DNA of 63,729 nucleotides, counting the filler, from Choristocarpus tenellus KU-1152 (taxonomy: Eukaryota; Protista; Phaeophyceae): assembly GCA_964200185.2 (NCBI GenBank). It is 7 parts of 7 records of this genome, joined end to end, with 100 filler letters (N's around TTAATTAATTAA, not from the genome) between each part and the next. Parts side by side here need not be neighbours in the genome. Positions count along the whole stretch, not along the records: positions 8,193 to 25,090 come from CAXNAD020000748.1; 6 more parts are not named here. One strand, 5' to 3'. How positions within the stretch are numbered: the first letter of the stretch is position 1; the number at the start of each line of letters is the position of its first letter. Positions 11,301 to 25,190 of the stretch are shown here, one piece after another. The position numbers and the translations under genes are program-made. A model generated the notes under the pieces. The model ran no database searches. It was not told the DNA's origin and worked only from the letters and a program-made list of their open reading frames with translations.

Positions 11301-14300
11301 TGTCAGGGAGTAGGCTAGGTACCTATTGGAGTAAGTTCACAGACACGTTTCACACAAGTATTACATACCTCTACTTCTGTGTGGTTGTATGCAACCATAA
11401 TTTGAACACACTTCAAAGTATGAAATATATCTGTAGGTACGGACCACTACTAATATGATATTTGTTGGAGGAATGGGATGTCGGGTTTGGATGTGATTCA
11501 GAGAGGGATACTTGGTGAACTTGTTGATCTTACCAAGAACTCTTCACATATGGTAAAGGCTTGTAATCTGTGGATCCCACCTCGGATTGCAACCTTCTCA
11601 AGAAAGATGTCTTTCATAATAGAGACTAGAGTATTAGATCCCCATCTGTCAAAATTGCACGAAACAACAGTATTATGCTCTTGAGATTAAGCAATTCATA
11701 TGAATTCCCCTCATTCAACACCAAACCAACTGAAATATTCCGGTGATATGTGCATATATTTTCAATGGTGCAACAGTCCATGATTCTACAAATTTGCTGA
11801 AGTTCCTCCGTTTGGAAGTATATGTAATACAATGTTTGCAGCCTCAATGAAGAACCAAGACTTTTGTAGATGTTCATATTATATGTGTGTATTGTGCAGA
11901 CACTTAAAGGTTGCCCACCAAAAATTTAATCAAAATGGGGCAGCCTACACCTATCTATGATTATGCTCGCAATGTCAAGGATATTTGTGTGGCAGTCGCA
12001 TCGCCCCATGAGACGCTGCACAAGGTCCATGAATTCACCCCATGCGATCTAGCTGTCATGCTCCATCAAATGACAGCACATGGTGATACGGGATTCCAAA
12101 ATCCTCTGCGATGGCCATTGATATGGGCAAGATATCCAAGTCTCGCACCCACTCGCCACCAGGCATTGCACTACCATGTTGTTTGTTTGTCTTTTGGTCA
12201 GGGAATTTGAGTCCTGACCATGGACAGACTTCTGGGCTGAAGAATTAAGACCAACAGGCGACGACGAGACAAGTGAGCTGCTCGAACGATGGGGTGACTT
12301 TGTCCTAGGCATCCCAATAAACACCCTTTCCAACAGTTTCCCAAGGTTTTCGAACCCTGTCAAAAGCGACTTGGTCTACTTAGCACTGGTAATCCTCCAT
12401 ATTCATGACAGCCCAATATCTCAAACTTTGCACGCTTCCTAACTTATCTGAGAACTAAGCCTCGTCTACAGGGTTTATTGCATGGGTCGTTCCTGAGTGA
12501 GAATGGAGCTTGCAAATGTTATACTTAATTCCGAAGGAAGTAACCAAGAACAAAATGCAATAATGATGGGTAATTTGGTCACAAGCACAGTGTATAGTAC
12601 TATGTAATGATCTGCACTTTCTTTAAGTGAAAATACAGGTGTAATTTTGTTAATTTCTTGTAAAAAACTGAATGACCACACTTGCACTAGCACGCACAAT
12701 AAAGCGCATCGATCCAACTATCCATACATGCAGAGTATGTAGCACCACAACGACCACAGGCAGCATGAAATGGAGAGCACACATTCCACATTTCGTCCTC
12801 ACACACTTTGGGGCACATTCACTTGTCTACCCCATGTAACACACACTATCACGTGTGTTCATCAATACTGTGAATACTTGTGTGGCCACAACTATGTGAG
12901 TACTCTCGACAGCCAAACGTTGACATGCAGCAGTATCTTGGCTTTTAAATCCCCCCTATCTAAATACCTATGAAATATCAAGTACACCGTAGTGGTATAT
13001 TTGATTTACATACACGAGGATCATATCAGCAGCAAAAGTCCCAGATGCAAATCAAAAATAACATGCTGGAAAAAAACGCTGAAAATATTTACTATCCAAC
13101 ACAGCCAATGATCTTAATAATTTGCATATATCTACAGTCATTCATGCACTAGTCGCAAAAATTGACTGCGTAGAACTCCATGTAATCAAAGAAGGAATCA
13201 AGAAATATCCTCACCTCCGAGTCTGGAACCAGCTGAGAGCCAACAGCAGCGTAGGATATCAATGTCACCACATATGCAACCAGAATCAACTTTCTGAACT
13301 TCAAAATGAAACAAAAAAACCTGTGCCAGGAGAAGAAGAACGTTAATATTTGGTGTCAACTGTTGTACAGTATGACAGTGCAAGAGGATATTTATGGAAT
13401 GTTTGAAACACTTTACACCATCTGAAAAGATACGTACATACCATGTCATTGTACCTTCCGTCAAACTCCAACTTCTTAGGCACTGATGTATATTGGAGAT
13501 TTCCCGCTCTAATTGGCAGCCTGCCAACTGAAAGAGTGCAATTTCATATCCTGACCTTGTGCAGACACACAATATATTTCTTGTTCAAAGGTTTCAAAGC
13601 AGTATAATATCTAGAAGAGCAGTAAAGCATAGCAGTTAGGTCAGATTAACAATATGATGAAAATGTGCTGTCTACGTCCTACAATATTAACAATAATCCT
13701 GTTCATCTAAAACCAAGGTTTTCTTGATTATATGCATCTTACAGATAGTACGAATAGAACTTCGTACTTGTCGGCAAAACTTGCCGAACAGACCTCCTTA
13801 TCACCACTAATACATGAGTATATATCTCCCGCAAAAAGATATATCTATTTTCCTCCTTTCTCTATCTTTTCCGTATCCCAAAACATACTTGGACAACTCC
13901 TAAAAATACCCTCACACACATGTGTATGAATACAAAGTATGCATGTACATATAATGCTCAAGTCATCAGCATCCTCTACTCCTGACGACAGCAAACTCCT
14001 ACCTAGCACATACAAGTCCATTCCTCTCACCTGTTTTCAAAGAACTTTGCCAATTTGTCCTTCCCATCAACATTGCCATCTTGTAATGAAAAATGCATAC
14101 ACAGTACAAGCAGCAATAGTGATCAAGAAAGTACAAGGGTTAAGTGAGTGAAGGCACTAGTTGTCTGGAGACTATTGTTACAAAGATTGTACAGATATAT
14201 TTTCCGTGCTAGGCGAGATGATCCAACCCTTAAACATATTGTAAACCGATCATTAAGGAGGAAAATCATGACCACCCTACTCTAGCGAAGCTAACACAAC

Positions 14301-17300
14301 CAAAGGTTAATATGAAGCCCACAAAAAAAAGCCCAATGCATGCCAACACACTAAGGTGAAACACATCGAAATATATACTTCAGTTGGTGAAGGAACCGTA
14401 TTGCGTACATACACAACCCGTAGCCCTAAGCCTAACCCTAATCAGACGCGTATAGTATCCTAGAGGGTGGATCCAGCGTCTATTAGGGGTTTCTGTGAGC
14501 TATTTTGATTTTCATGTCAACTGTTTCTCTTCTGTTGCAACAGGAAAAATGCATAAAATGCTGAGGCAGCTGGACTAATGCAACGCCAAGACGTACAAAG
14601 GAAGCCGTTCCCAGAAGAGAGAACTATCCTCCTATCGTCAATGATTCTATTTTTTCCATCTTGGAATGGCAATAGTGCTAACTTTAGCTATTGAATCCAC
14701 CAACAGCTCTGTTTACACCGTTATACATAGCAAAACAGTAAAATAATGATAAACAGTAAACTGTCCAATGACCGAAAAATATAGAGCGGAGGATTTCACT
14801 CTCAGCTGCAACTCAATCATACACCCATACACAAAAACTCTGTGAATCCGATGTCCTAATTCTGAGAAGACTGAGTACAGAATAGCACAGTAATCAGTCA
14901 GCTCCATTCACCATCTACCAAACATTATACCCTTGACTGTTGCAGGATATCCCCGTTCAGATTTCCAGGAATGGAATGTTGATTTGCAAATGCCGCCCTT
15001 AGTGTTGGGATTGTGCATGTGATACTCATAGGCCAGGTAAATTGCCGGGAATAGGACCACCACAGAGAAGAAGTTACAGATCACCTTCACGGGCAACACA
15101 GACCAAAACGAGCAGAGAATGGCAAGAAGGGGACGAAAGGTTAGTATTTGTGTGTGCCTGTGTCTGGATTAGTTAGGAGGGCATGTCAAGTAGTGCACAA
15201 TTTGCACCAAGAAGTATCGGACACAACAGTAGCAACATACACACACAAATAGAACACCCTAAACAAATGCAATACCATGGAAAGGAGGACTCATGTAGGG
15301 TCCAATAGGGCCCAGGCACAGACAGGAAGCACTTTAGCCGTGAAACAGTAGGATGACCCTGGTGCTACATATTATGGTACAATAAGCCAAAGGATAAAAC
15401 ATATTTCTAAAGAACTACACGTTAGTCCTCCCCACACTTTCGCAAAATCAGTCCCCCACAATATGAAGATCTGTTAGTAGTGTTGTCGACAATCCAGAAG
15501 ATGACCCAGAGAACAAACTCCACCAACTCTATTATATATAGCTTCTATGTCCAGATGGTGATTCAAGGATCACAGAGACAGTTGGGCCGAGCACAAGCAC
15601 AGATGACAATTAGGACACAGCAAACCGAAAAATAGGGTAAAGACCAGGATCGTACACATTCTTGCCTAAGTAAGCACTTGTTCAAGTAATACATAATGCT
15701 TCTGAATACAATTTATAAACTTGTAGGCAGGGGCTGAAATAAAAATGCAAGCCGTGCGAACATGATTTAATTCATACGCGATGTATTTGCACTCACCAGA
15801 AAGGCTGAGAAGATTCCAAAGCTCTCCACAGCTGGAAATTCAGACATGGCATTTGCCAAGAAGCTGACGGCAGTCGTCAGCGAGGATACTGCCTGCAATC
15901 ATGGGTAGTGCATGATGCATCCAGATAAATGAAAAAAGCAGAACATATCATAATGTTTGCTATACCAGGGACCTTCTACACAACCCTGCCATGTGTTTCT
16001 GAAGGGTTCAACCTTTCAAATGTCAGGCAGTACAAACTATTGGACTGGAAATTCACTGTATGAAATATCCTAGATTGTAGAAACAGTGTGAGCTCAAAAT
16101 AAAACGAATAAGGTAGGGTAATAATATTATAGGTCTCGATAAGGACCCAGAATATCTCATTTTGTAAGTTCAATGCCAATAATTTCAGCATTTAAACATT
16201 CTTTGACAAATAAACGTCGTTCACAAAACACTACTTGCACGTGTACCATTAGAGCTGTGATGGAGTAGAATAACACTAGTACTTCAGTAGTGACAAGACT
16301 GAAGAATGTTTGTAAATCGCACTAAAGTAGTGGATGCAATATGATAATTTACAGAGATCTACTTGGTCACCATGGCCTTTCCACCAGAGCAAAGAGCGGT
16401 CGTGATCTGGTCCAATACGCTGCTCTCCGGTATGGCATGTCTAGCATGCTTCCAGTAGTATGAGAAAACGAAGATATCATCCACACCTTGTCCAACATAC
16501 AAATATACAAGAAATGTCGTCATTGTCCATGTTTGTCAGTTAGTATCATATATTGTTACTGCTTCTGAATACAAAACTATTTCATTGTTAAAAAGGGCAA
16601 TGTATTGAAACCGATTATTTATCCTAATAAAATTAGTTTCCAGTATGGAAAATGTTTGGTCTTGAAGGACTCGACTTTTTCATACATTTCACTCGAAATG
16701 TGATCATCTCTCAGAAGTCAACAGTAAAAGCTCAATTGGTCCATAGAAGTTATTCATTGTTTTATTGTATTGTGTTGCTCACCAATACCGAGGATGACAA
16801 AAATGGACAGGGCGTTCAGTGCACCAAAATAGCTGAAGATTTTGGAGGCATAAAAGAGAGGTGGGTAGGGAAGGGGTCGAGAGAGATGTAAGATGAACAT
16901 GAAGGAAGAATTACTGCAAAAAAGAGGAGGCGCATAAACAGTGGGATTATTGGTAGTCAAAATAGCAACGGACAACTGGATTAGAAATTCCAGAACAAAA
17001 ACTCCAGAGGATTGCAGGTAACATTTCAGGATGTGCCCAACAATTCAATTCTAAGTACTATTGAACTGACGTAATACTATTTGGACTTCTTCAAAGAAAC
17101 TGATAAAGTCATATGATGGTAAGTACACCAATAATCGTTCCTAGAGAAAAGATGGAATGATTTGTGGAGAAAACGAACATATTCGCATTATATATATTAA
17201 AATCAAATCAAATCTGACCGACAAGTGTGATCAAATCAGAAGCCAAGAATATATAGGGAACAATATGCTATGCATCTATTATCGGACAGACAGCAATAGC

Positions 17301-20300
17301 CTTTTACTACACGATTAAATTGCTCTATATGTGGAGGGTTGAAGTATGGTCAGGGCTACGTAAGGTAACGGTGATTTCAATTAACGCAAACAACAAAATG
17401 AGTGCAGTAAAGGGTCCTATATGAGTAACCCAAAACACGAATCCCCAATTACACCAAAAGAGTAGAATGCATCAATCTGGGGAACATTGGTCAAGAGAGA
17501 AAATACCATATTGTGCAAGTGGAAGCAAAACAGGTAGAAAGCATGACCTCAACCATTCAATCGCAACAGGTATCCTGTTTGAGGTGGTTATTTCACATAC
17601 GGTAGGATTCAAACTACTATCTATTTATAAATGATACTACTGATCCTTGCTCATCCGCTTGCCTCGCCACGCCACTCGTGACACATTGCTCACATAATAA
17701 GGGAGGATTATGCTATTTATTTTGTTCTGTCTGACTTAGAACCCCCCCCCCGAGGATTGAGGCAATGTTGAGGAAGGAATTGTAACCTCAGAGAGATTCA
17801 ATCTCCGCATTCACATTCTGCGCTACATATATTGTTCTCTGTCTTCATTTTTCAAAGAGGCCTTGTCTACGAGTTCATCTTCTGGAGAAGAGGTGGGAAA
17901 AAAACGCTACTTCTCTCCTCTCCCATTTCCCCTCAGCCACTGCCCCCTCCCTTGATCCCCCCCCCAAAGCTAATAGAGAAAGTGGGAAAACTCAACTAAA
18001 GTCGGAGAGAAACCTGTACAACAAAAGGGCGGGCCCAAAATTCATGAGAACCATCAGCATGCCTGCGGAGCCCAGCCTATATTGCAGATGTGAAAACACG
18101 TTTACAGGAGATCAGGAAGCACGCTTAAGGTTAGAGCAATTGTTGAGGTTGGGGTTGTGAGTGGAATGTGGTAAGTGTTATCACTACTCAGTCGTGTATA
18201 TGATTATTAGAGAATGTTGAAGTATATGCTTCAGAGCAGTTTGCTATGCCATTTCTTTGAAACAAGTTTATATATACATGTCTGCCCCCTCGTTTTTTTT
18301 CCTTCCCCCCTTGTAGTATTGTAGTCTAACATATCATTAACGGGGTAAGACCTGGAACATCCCCTGTTCATTGTTCTATTTTTGTCTATATTCCAACATG
18401 CTACTTTTTATACTGCCGTTCATCATAACTTGAACTATCTCCCTTACCCTGAAATGACTCTAGTTCGACCTAATGCTGCCTCTCAATGTAAATTTGATCT
18501 CCTTTTTTCTTACTTCACAGTCTCTTTTCATCTTCAACTGTCTACAATTCTAATCTGACCTACCCTCAATTTTGTTGTCGTCAGTAACTACTAACAATCA
18601 TCAAGTATGCATAGTGATTCCACCTACGCTGTTTCTCATTGTAACCAACACTCGCCCTTAGTGTACGCTGTCATGTCTCCAATTATACTACTGCTTTAGC
18701 CCTGTTTAGCACCTCACCACCAAGAATGCAGCTGGAAGATAAGGTAGAACAGGACGAACAGGAATGTCGGAACTAGCAGAAGTAAATCCTTATTGATAAT
18801 CTTGACCAAATACGCTATTGACGATGGGAGAGACAGGAGAGGGCGGGATAGGACACCACAAGGGCGTGACAATTTCGTCAGTGAATGTAGGACGCACAAC
18901 TAAACTAAAGAATTCAGGGTGCGCTATATTTCCTATTTCTGAGGACACAGACTGTTTATTTCTCTCAGTCTGCAAGTATTATAGCTCAATAAGCTCTGGT
19001 TCTAAAGTAGAAAAGAACAGAGGAGAAGTGGAAACAGTGCAAGTTTTTCTGCTTTAATTATATATGAGAGATACAATTGGTTGACTGTCACAAATTTTGT
19101 TACAGGGTACTTCTTATATGAAAATTAAATGTGAATGTATGTATCAAATTATCGACTACCTCTCAGCCTGAAGCAAAGCATTGATGTAAGATACACTCAA
19201 ATTATTACACTATTCATCGACATTTCTACTTCGCAATGCCATGCTCCTTAACTCGCACATGATAGTATCTGAAAAAAATTAGTGGGCGTAATTGGTACGG
19301 TATACATCGGGAACAAAAATACAACATACTCAGGAGAATGAAATACGCATGAACCAGAGTAATATAGAGGTAGTAGCGGATGCATTTCAAGGATCACAAT
19401 ATATGACTAAAACGCGTCTTTTTCTAGGACAGTAGAGAGGGCCTTTGCTGAATTGTGGTGTCATTTTGAGGGTGGAAAGGAGAATATCAGTTTGTAGATT
19501 ACGTAAAGCAATTAAATAGGGTGCACTACATAGGATGACAAAATTGTCTTGAAATGCTAAAGGGTAAAACCCTTCCTGCCTCTCAATTAATGCTACTAAA
19601 GTATAGGTAAGCTTTTCACCCTTCTTTTTTGCAAAGAGATGTTTGGTATAGACGTCAACATAGGCAACTTTTATCTCGTCTCCACAATGCTGTACTGGAA
19701 TTTCTCTTTCATCTTCACCTGGCAAACTGTTTTTTTCTATGTTAGTAGTACTATCCAAACTACAGCGTTAATTTGTATTCCACAAAATGACTTCACGAAA
19801 ATATATTTTCCCCACTGCTCCTTTCACGTGTGTTTTTTTTAATATTTACGTCCAATTTCCAAGTCATTTTTTACTGTTGTGCAAAAGAATAGTGAAGCAG
19901 AACATGTTTTGGAGCAGTAAGGACATAGATGGGAAAATAGAGGTAGTTGTAGCTGTCTCTAAAATATAGGGCACTACAGTAGTAATTCCTGTCAGACACT
20001 CTAACCCCAATGTTGAAATATTCCACACTTGACTCGCGGTTACGTGCAATGGTAGAGGACAATAAATGGCTTCGAGTAAACATACAAAGCTAACTTTAGA
20101 AGGGGCTTGTAGTCTCAATTTCACTGACTAAACTTGTGGGGTGAGTCAATTGCAGACTACCATTACTATTCCTATAGTGTCGGGTTTGCAATCGTCCACA
20201 CTAACTTCCTATCCATCAACTTCTCCAACTTTACCCACATCTTCTTTTGCTAAGGTTGTTCGGATTCCACCCAGCAAAATATATAGACTTCTCTCCGATG

Positions 20301-23300
20301 ACACTATCCACATATCTCCTGAGGATGGCATTGGGCGACAGGATTTCGCCTGATCTGCATCAGAATGCGGAAATAACTAGTATTATGCTTACACTGCGTG
20401 TGCTGATACAAGTATGTAGCACAGTGTAACAATTTCGTATAAGTTCATCTATAGTTTGGTATAATAGTGAGCCTTAACGTACATAGCGGTTTGATGAGTA
20501 AGTCTTTGGTCATAAGTCAGGAAATGGATGACTAAGACAGAAGCCGATCGAATAATTAATAAACTGTGTATGTTCACCATGTAACCCACCAGCACCTCGT
20601 AGTGATTAGCCTTTCCTGCAGGAAGCTGTTGCAATACAGACAGTTTTTGGAGTCTAACCCGCGAAATATCTGTGCAAGCAATGACAAAATTGGGCTTGAA
20701 TTGCATCCAAAGCAGCCTTACGAGTCACTCAGATTTCTTTGATTCTGGCCCTCTCAGATTACAATGATTGAAAATATCTTAGAGGCTACGAATTTTGCCC
20801 TGCTAGTCTATTTGGGGCTTGACTTCCCATGGCGTATTTTTAGTACATTTTCCTGCCCCCTAATGTTTCGGAGTAGGTAAAATGTGTACGTTATGAAAAG
20901 GTGTGTCTGGCACAAGGATATTGACACTTCCCAACAAACAAGACAGCCAAAATTACATCAAAATCGCAACATTGGATTTTGGCCCCCTAATGGACAAGGC
21001 CCTACCCTCTTAGATACTTTGGCTCCAATATATAGACCAAATACCCTTTCTCTTTGCAGACTAGCCTTACCCATTGCTTGTTGTCTCCTTTCCGAACAGA
21101 TTCTGACATCTCGTCAAGCTCAGATTCAGTCTCACACCACCAAGCAGTATGAGCTCAGCCTTTTGCGGTGCTGTTCCGCAGATGATGTAGAAAGATCAAA
21201 TCAAAGAGTCCCAATACCCTTGCGGACCATTTCTCCTACAGACAGGCATAGATCCCTCCTGGCATAGCCCACCTCTTCCGCAAAGATTAGGTTCATTGGT
21301 GGTACCCAGGCACAGCCTCTCCTCCGCCTTTCCTCCTGATACTGCTCGTGCCCCAAGTCTCCCAGGTAATTAATACTCTCCCTCTCTTTCCTCCCTGAGG
21401 TACAGGCCACGCATCTCACTCCTCTGCCTTTCCTCCTGGTGCTTGAGTACTGTGGCTGATGCCATGCCCATGTTCTGCTTCGTTGCTCTTTCCAACCACA
21501 ATACCCCATAGTATTCACCCAGACGCGCACCCCTACAGTTCATTTCCTCTTGGCATCTGTAGAGCGCTGTGACTACCAACGGAGATTTTCCCTCCTCTTT
21601 ACCCCGGCACACCCACCCCCTATTACTCACAGACAGTAATGAACTCTGCAGTACCCATTGCGGTTTTTATTTTATGTAAGACACAAGTACTCAACAGGAT
21701 TTTTGCTTGACATGTGAAACTCTGCTGACAAAACGTAAAGAATTGCTTGTAGCAGTGCAAGGTCCAGGGGCCAATCGCATTAGAGGATGTCCCAGAAGAG
21801 AAAGGAAGTGTATTTTTTGAGCAAGTTCGTCCAAGTGATAGACACAAACCCCGACACACAAATGGAATACAGACCATATTTATATCTTGGTCTCTGTAGT
21901 TATGCGAGTTACAATGTGGATCCCACACCAATTATCAAATCTCTCACACACTGGAATGACCATTCAAGGAAGTCCTTACAAATATGTGCCTAAACTGAAT
22001 TGAACAGCAACCCCTCGCAAATCATTGAGTGAAAGTATTTTAGAGGGTACGATTTCTGCCCTGTTTGTCCCTTTGGGACTTGGCTTCCCACGGGTTTTTA
22101 ATGACATTTTACCTACTACTCCAAGATGTTCCGGAGTAGGTAAATTGTTCACATTATGAAAAGGTGTGTGCGGAACAAGGATATTGACATCTCCTAACAA
22201 ACATCATAGCCAAAATTAGATCAAAATTGCAACATTGGATTTCGTCTCCAAATGGGCGCGGCTCTACCCTCTAGGATACTTTGACTCCATTTTGAGTGGT
22301 AAAAAGTGGGTTGCAAATATTGGTAGCTGCCTACAAATTACATTTTCTAACACCTTGAGATGGGCCTCACCACACAATGAGTCCAAACAGAGGAGCAAAC
22401 AGTTCCAGATTGTTCTTGAATATAGGTCACCAAGAGTATCATGTGTAAGCCAATCCAAATTATGCGTGAGGGATCTTGGCTGCCCCATTTGTGGCAACTG
22501 GTGCAAGGAAAGGCAAGTACCCCTAAACGAGAGGATATGGATAGCTTTCCCACAATAATTTGTGGAGAGATTGTCCAGCTTGTTGATGTGCGATTTTGTA
22601 TCCACAAAGAACCAAACCAACCAGTCAGTCAGCTACCCAGGCAGGGACAGTGATTTCGTGTGGGGGTCTCCATAATCACACACCTAGAAAGCGCATGCAA
22701 AAGGCGAAAACGACCCTTCATCTCACGCTAATAAGAGTAAAATTCCACTACATAAACCTGCCTTTCTCTGCTCCCCAATATATAGGAAAATAGTGTGCCG
22801 AACAACACAAAATCTGGTCTTTCTACTTGTGGGGACTGCTGTGAAGCTGCCACATACAATGGGCCTGTAGTCTCACCTTCAGTCATGCCACTGTGACTAC
22901 CATCCCAGAAGACCTCTACCCCTTCCAATCCTTCTTGCAATAAATCCTGGAAATAGTGGGCAGTATGGTGAATTCAATTGTGTAGTGCTAAAATAGAGAA
23001 AAAAGAGAAACGAGAACTGCAAGAGCTTAACTCGAGAGTCTAGCATGCCTCCAACATGAAATATTTCACTATTTGTTCGCTACCTAGAACTATTTTTTTT
23101 TATACCCTCTGACATTTTACGGGTGTCCAGCGCACCGTCGTTGATTTCCTCCATCATCTCCCCATTCCCAATTTTTTTTATATATAATGAATTTCTTTTT
23201 TGAAGTATTGGGACATGTTCCGATCCTTTTGGAAGTTACATGCTCCATTATCTTGCTAGATGATTGAAAGAGGTCATGCAATATTCGGAGATGCACTTTC

Positions 23301-24278
23301 ACACATAAAAAAGATCAACTGTATATAAAACAGAAAATAACATGGAAATCATGGAAATGAACCAATTTACAGAATATTTTCAAGAACACGGAACGAAGAG
23401 TGAAGCATATAATTATAAAGGAAATATTAAAGAGCAAAGGGTGATTAAGGTTACCCTTTCAAATTGTAATCGACAATAGTAACGGAATAGACAACTGAAA
23501 TGTGGAGCAAAATAGGTTCAAATTTGTGATGAGTAGCGTCTGTTCTGAATCAGATAATGTTCTAGGGGAACCATGGTGTTGATCATTACAAGGTGCCGTG
23601 ATGTGAAGCAGTGGGAAGACCATCGACACTTTCATATGTATGTATGTACACAACCATATATTGAAAGATCATGATAATAGTGAACGAAAGAAAAAATGTA
23701 AATCTGTGCTAAAACCGAAATGCAAAGGTAGGCTTATGAAATATGCCCACAAACATATGAACAAATACCTGAACACACTCAAACAGATCATAGGGACTCA
23801 CATGATAAGAGTCAAACAGGAACGTGCCGAGATCACCTTTTTGTTCCACCACATGGTCTGTACCAACCTCGACTAGGTCCCCATTATTGCGGCGTTGGGC
23901 TCTCCTAAAGTAGAACACTGCCAAATATGACAAAATCAGAGAAAAAAGTCAGATCGGATAAATTCAGGTAAAACGTTGCCAAGGCAGTATCATCACGAAT
24001 ATTGCACACAGACAGAGATTCACTGAGGTCATACATGATCGGTGCTGCAAAAAGATGAAAAAATTGCTTTGAGGAAAATGGGTTACGCTCTGGGGCAGGC
24101 CAGAGAGCAACAGGTTGGGCTTGAGCATCAAGTTGTGAACATAGATCTAGGATAGAGCATACAGTTTGATTATTGTTGGCCATTTAAACATCATTGATTG
24201 GAGGTTTGAGGAAAACTGTGCACATTGTGCTCCAGTCTTAAGAGTGGAACAAGTACTTGTCACCATAGAATAATCCAT
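8367..24278 (-). CDS. Dispatched/Patched-like sterol-sensing-domain RND membrane protein, internal part. Exons 24278-24257, 23904-23868, 22946-22877, 18814-18718, 18076-18014, 16832-16783, 16486-16371, 15892-15797, 15084-14912, 13320-13215, 11322-11221, 10659-10538, 10243-10106, 9223-9144, 8500-8367
   Basis: All junctions are GT-AG and phase-compatible. The spliced product contains SSD motifs DLLLLVPTFLFVLFYLIFQLHSW, ALSIFVILGIGVDDIFVF, GGKAMAVSSLTTAVSFLANAMSEFPAVESFGIFSAFLVICNF, then the Dispatched-like second loop LVPDSEVPSLLP...GIAGADR...GTPLWDE...YAQKWMLDFC. Both ends are incomplete; the two most upstream small exons are the least certain. Confidence 0.88.
9352..9972. repeat. Long imperfect inverted repeat (~190-bp arms 9352-9538 and 9779-9972, ~240-bp spacer); foldback/long-TIR element in an intron
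   Basis: Arm TTGTTCGAAAACCAACAACTTGGGAT...CACAAACGTTTTGT...CCGAAAACAGCAAAA pairs with TTTTGCTGTTTTCGG...ACAAAACGTTTGTG...ATCCCAAGTTGTTGGCTTTCGAACAA. Confidence 0.8.
11600..12190 (-). mobile_element. Possible highly degraded hAT transposase remnant (intronic)
   Basis: Ordered fragments WVRD..LPISMAIAEDFG, VLSFDG and RAILTDG resemble hAT motifs (D..P.S.VE..GF, SLTxD, VTDxxSN), interrupted by stops and frameshifts. Confidence 0.3.
20766..21025 (+). mobile_element. MITE family B copy with 4-bp TSD CAAT
   Basis: CAAT-GATTGAAAATATCTTAGAGG ... CTCTTAGATACTTTGGCTC-CAAT. Confidence 0.8.
22027..22287 (+). mobile_element. MITE family B copy with 4-bp TSD CATT
   Basis: CATT-GAGTGAAAGTATTTTAGAGGGTA ... 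TACCCTCTAGGATACTTTGACTC-CATT. Confidence 0.85.
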
Positions 24279-25190
24279 CTGCGAAAATGAGAGGTAAAGA
24301 AATCCTAACCCCAATGAATACTACATCATAGACATGCACACTTGGCACCTACCAGTGTGACTGCACAAGCATACACCGATACACCAGCTGATCATATACT
24401 CCGACTAGTCACGTGTTTGCATGTAAACACGAGAAAGAAGAGAGTATCTTAGAGGGTACGAGTTTTTCCCTGTTTGTCCATTTGGGATTTGCCTTCTCAC
24501 GGGTTTTTAATGGCATTTTCCTACTCCAAGCAAGGAATCAAAAATGTCATTCTTGCAATGTAGCTACAGTTTGTGCTGTGTTTTTCACACACTCAATGTA
24601 AAAATATCGAGTCTAGAAAAGGAGAGAAATCAGAGAAACAGACAGGTACTATGTACCCCCCGTATGTGCATTGGTTGATTGCACCTATTACTTGTGTACA
24701 AGGAACGCACCAACAGCAGTACTAAACGCTGTCTTTAAGGCCTTTGATTTTGTTATTGGTTACCCTCCGTTGGTTGGTTGCATCAAAAGGTCAAAGTGAT
24801 CAAATATAAGGATACCCAGAAGAGGCAGACAATCTGTGTTGGACTGCACCTGTTATGAGAGCATTTGCGTTGGTATTGACCTCGTTCCCGTTTATACCAA
24901 AATCAGTATCCACGTTATTACTCCAAATACAGCAAGCACACATAAACACACATAAACAAACATCACATGTAACAAGAAGTTAGCTATATTGAAAATTATA
25001 TGCGTCAAGACATTAATGGACAATTTCGGGATATTTTTCTTCATCAACAGTACAGGTGTCATGTATACTCTGACCCAAAGTATCTGGGGGNNNNNNNNNN
25101 NNNNNNNNNNNNNNNNNNNNNNNNNNNNNNNNNNTTAATTAATTAANNNNNNNNNNNNNNNNNNNNNNNNNNNNNNNNNNNNNNNNNNNN

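Noticed and set aside
20238-20349. Exon-like segment in the Dispatched-like gene intron
   Set aside because: Flanking exons 22946-22877 and 18814-18718 already join in frame with family-like sequence, so it is not needed and has no independent support.
21200-21630. Purine-rich minus-strand segment resembling a LINE ORF2 tail
   Set aside because: Too degraded; no motif I can assign confidently.
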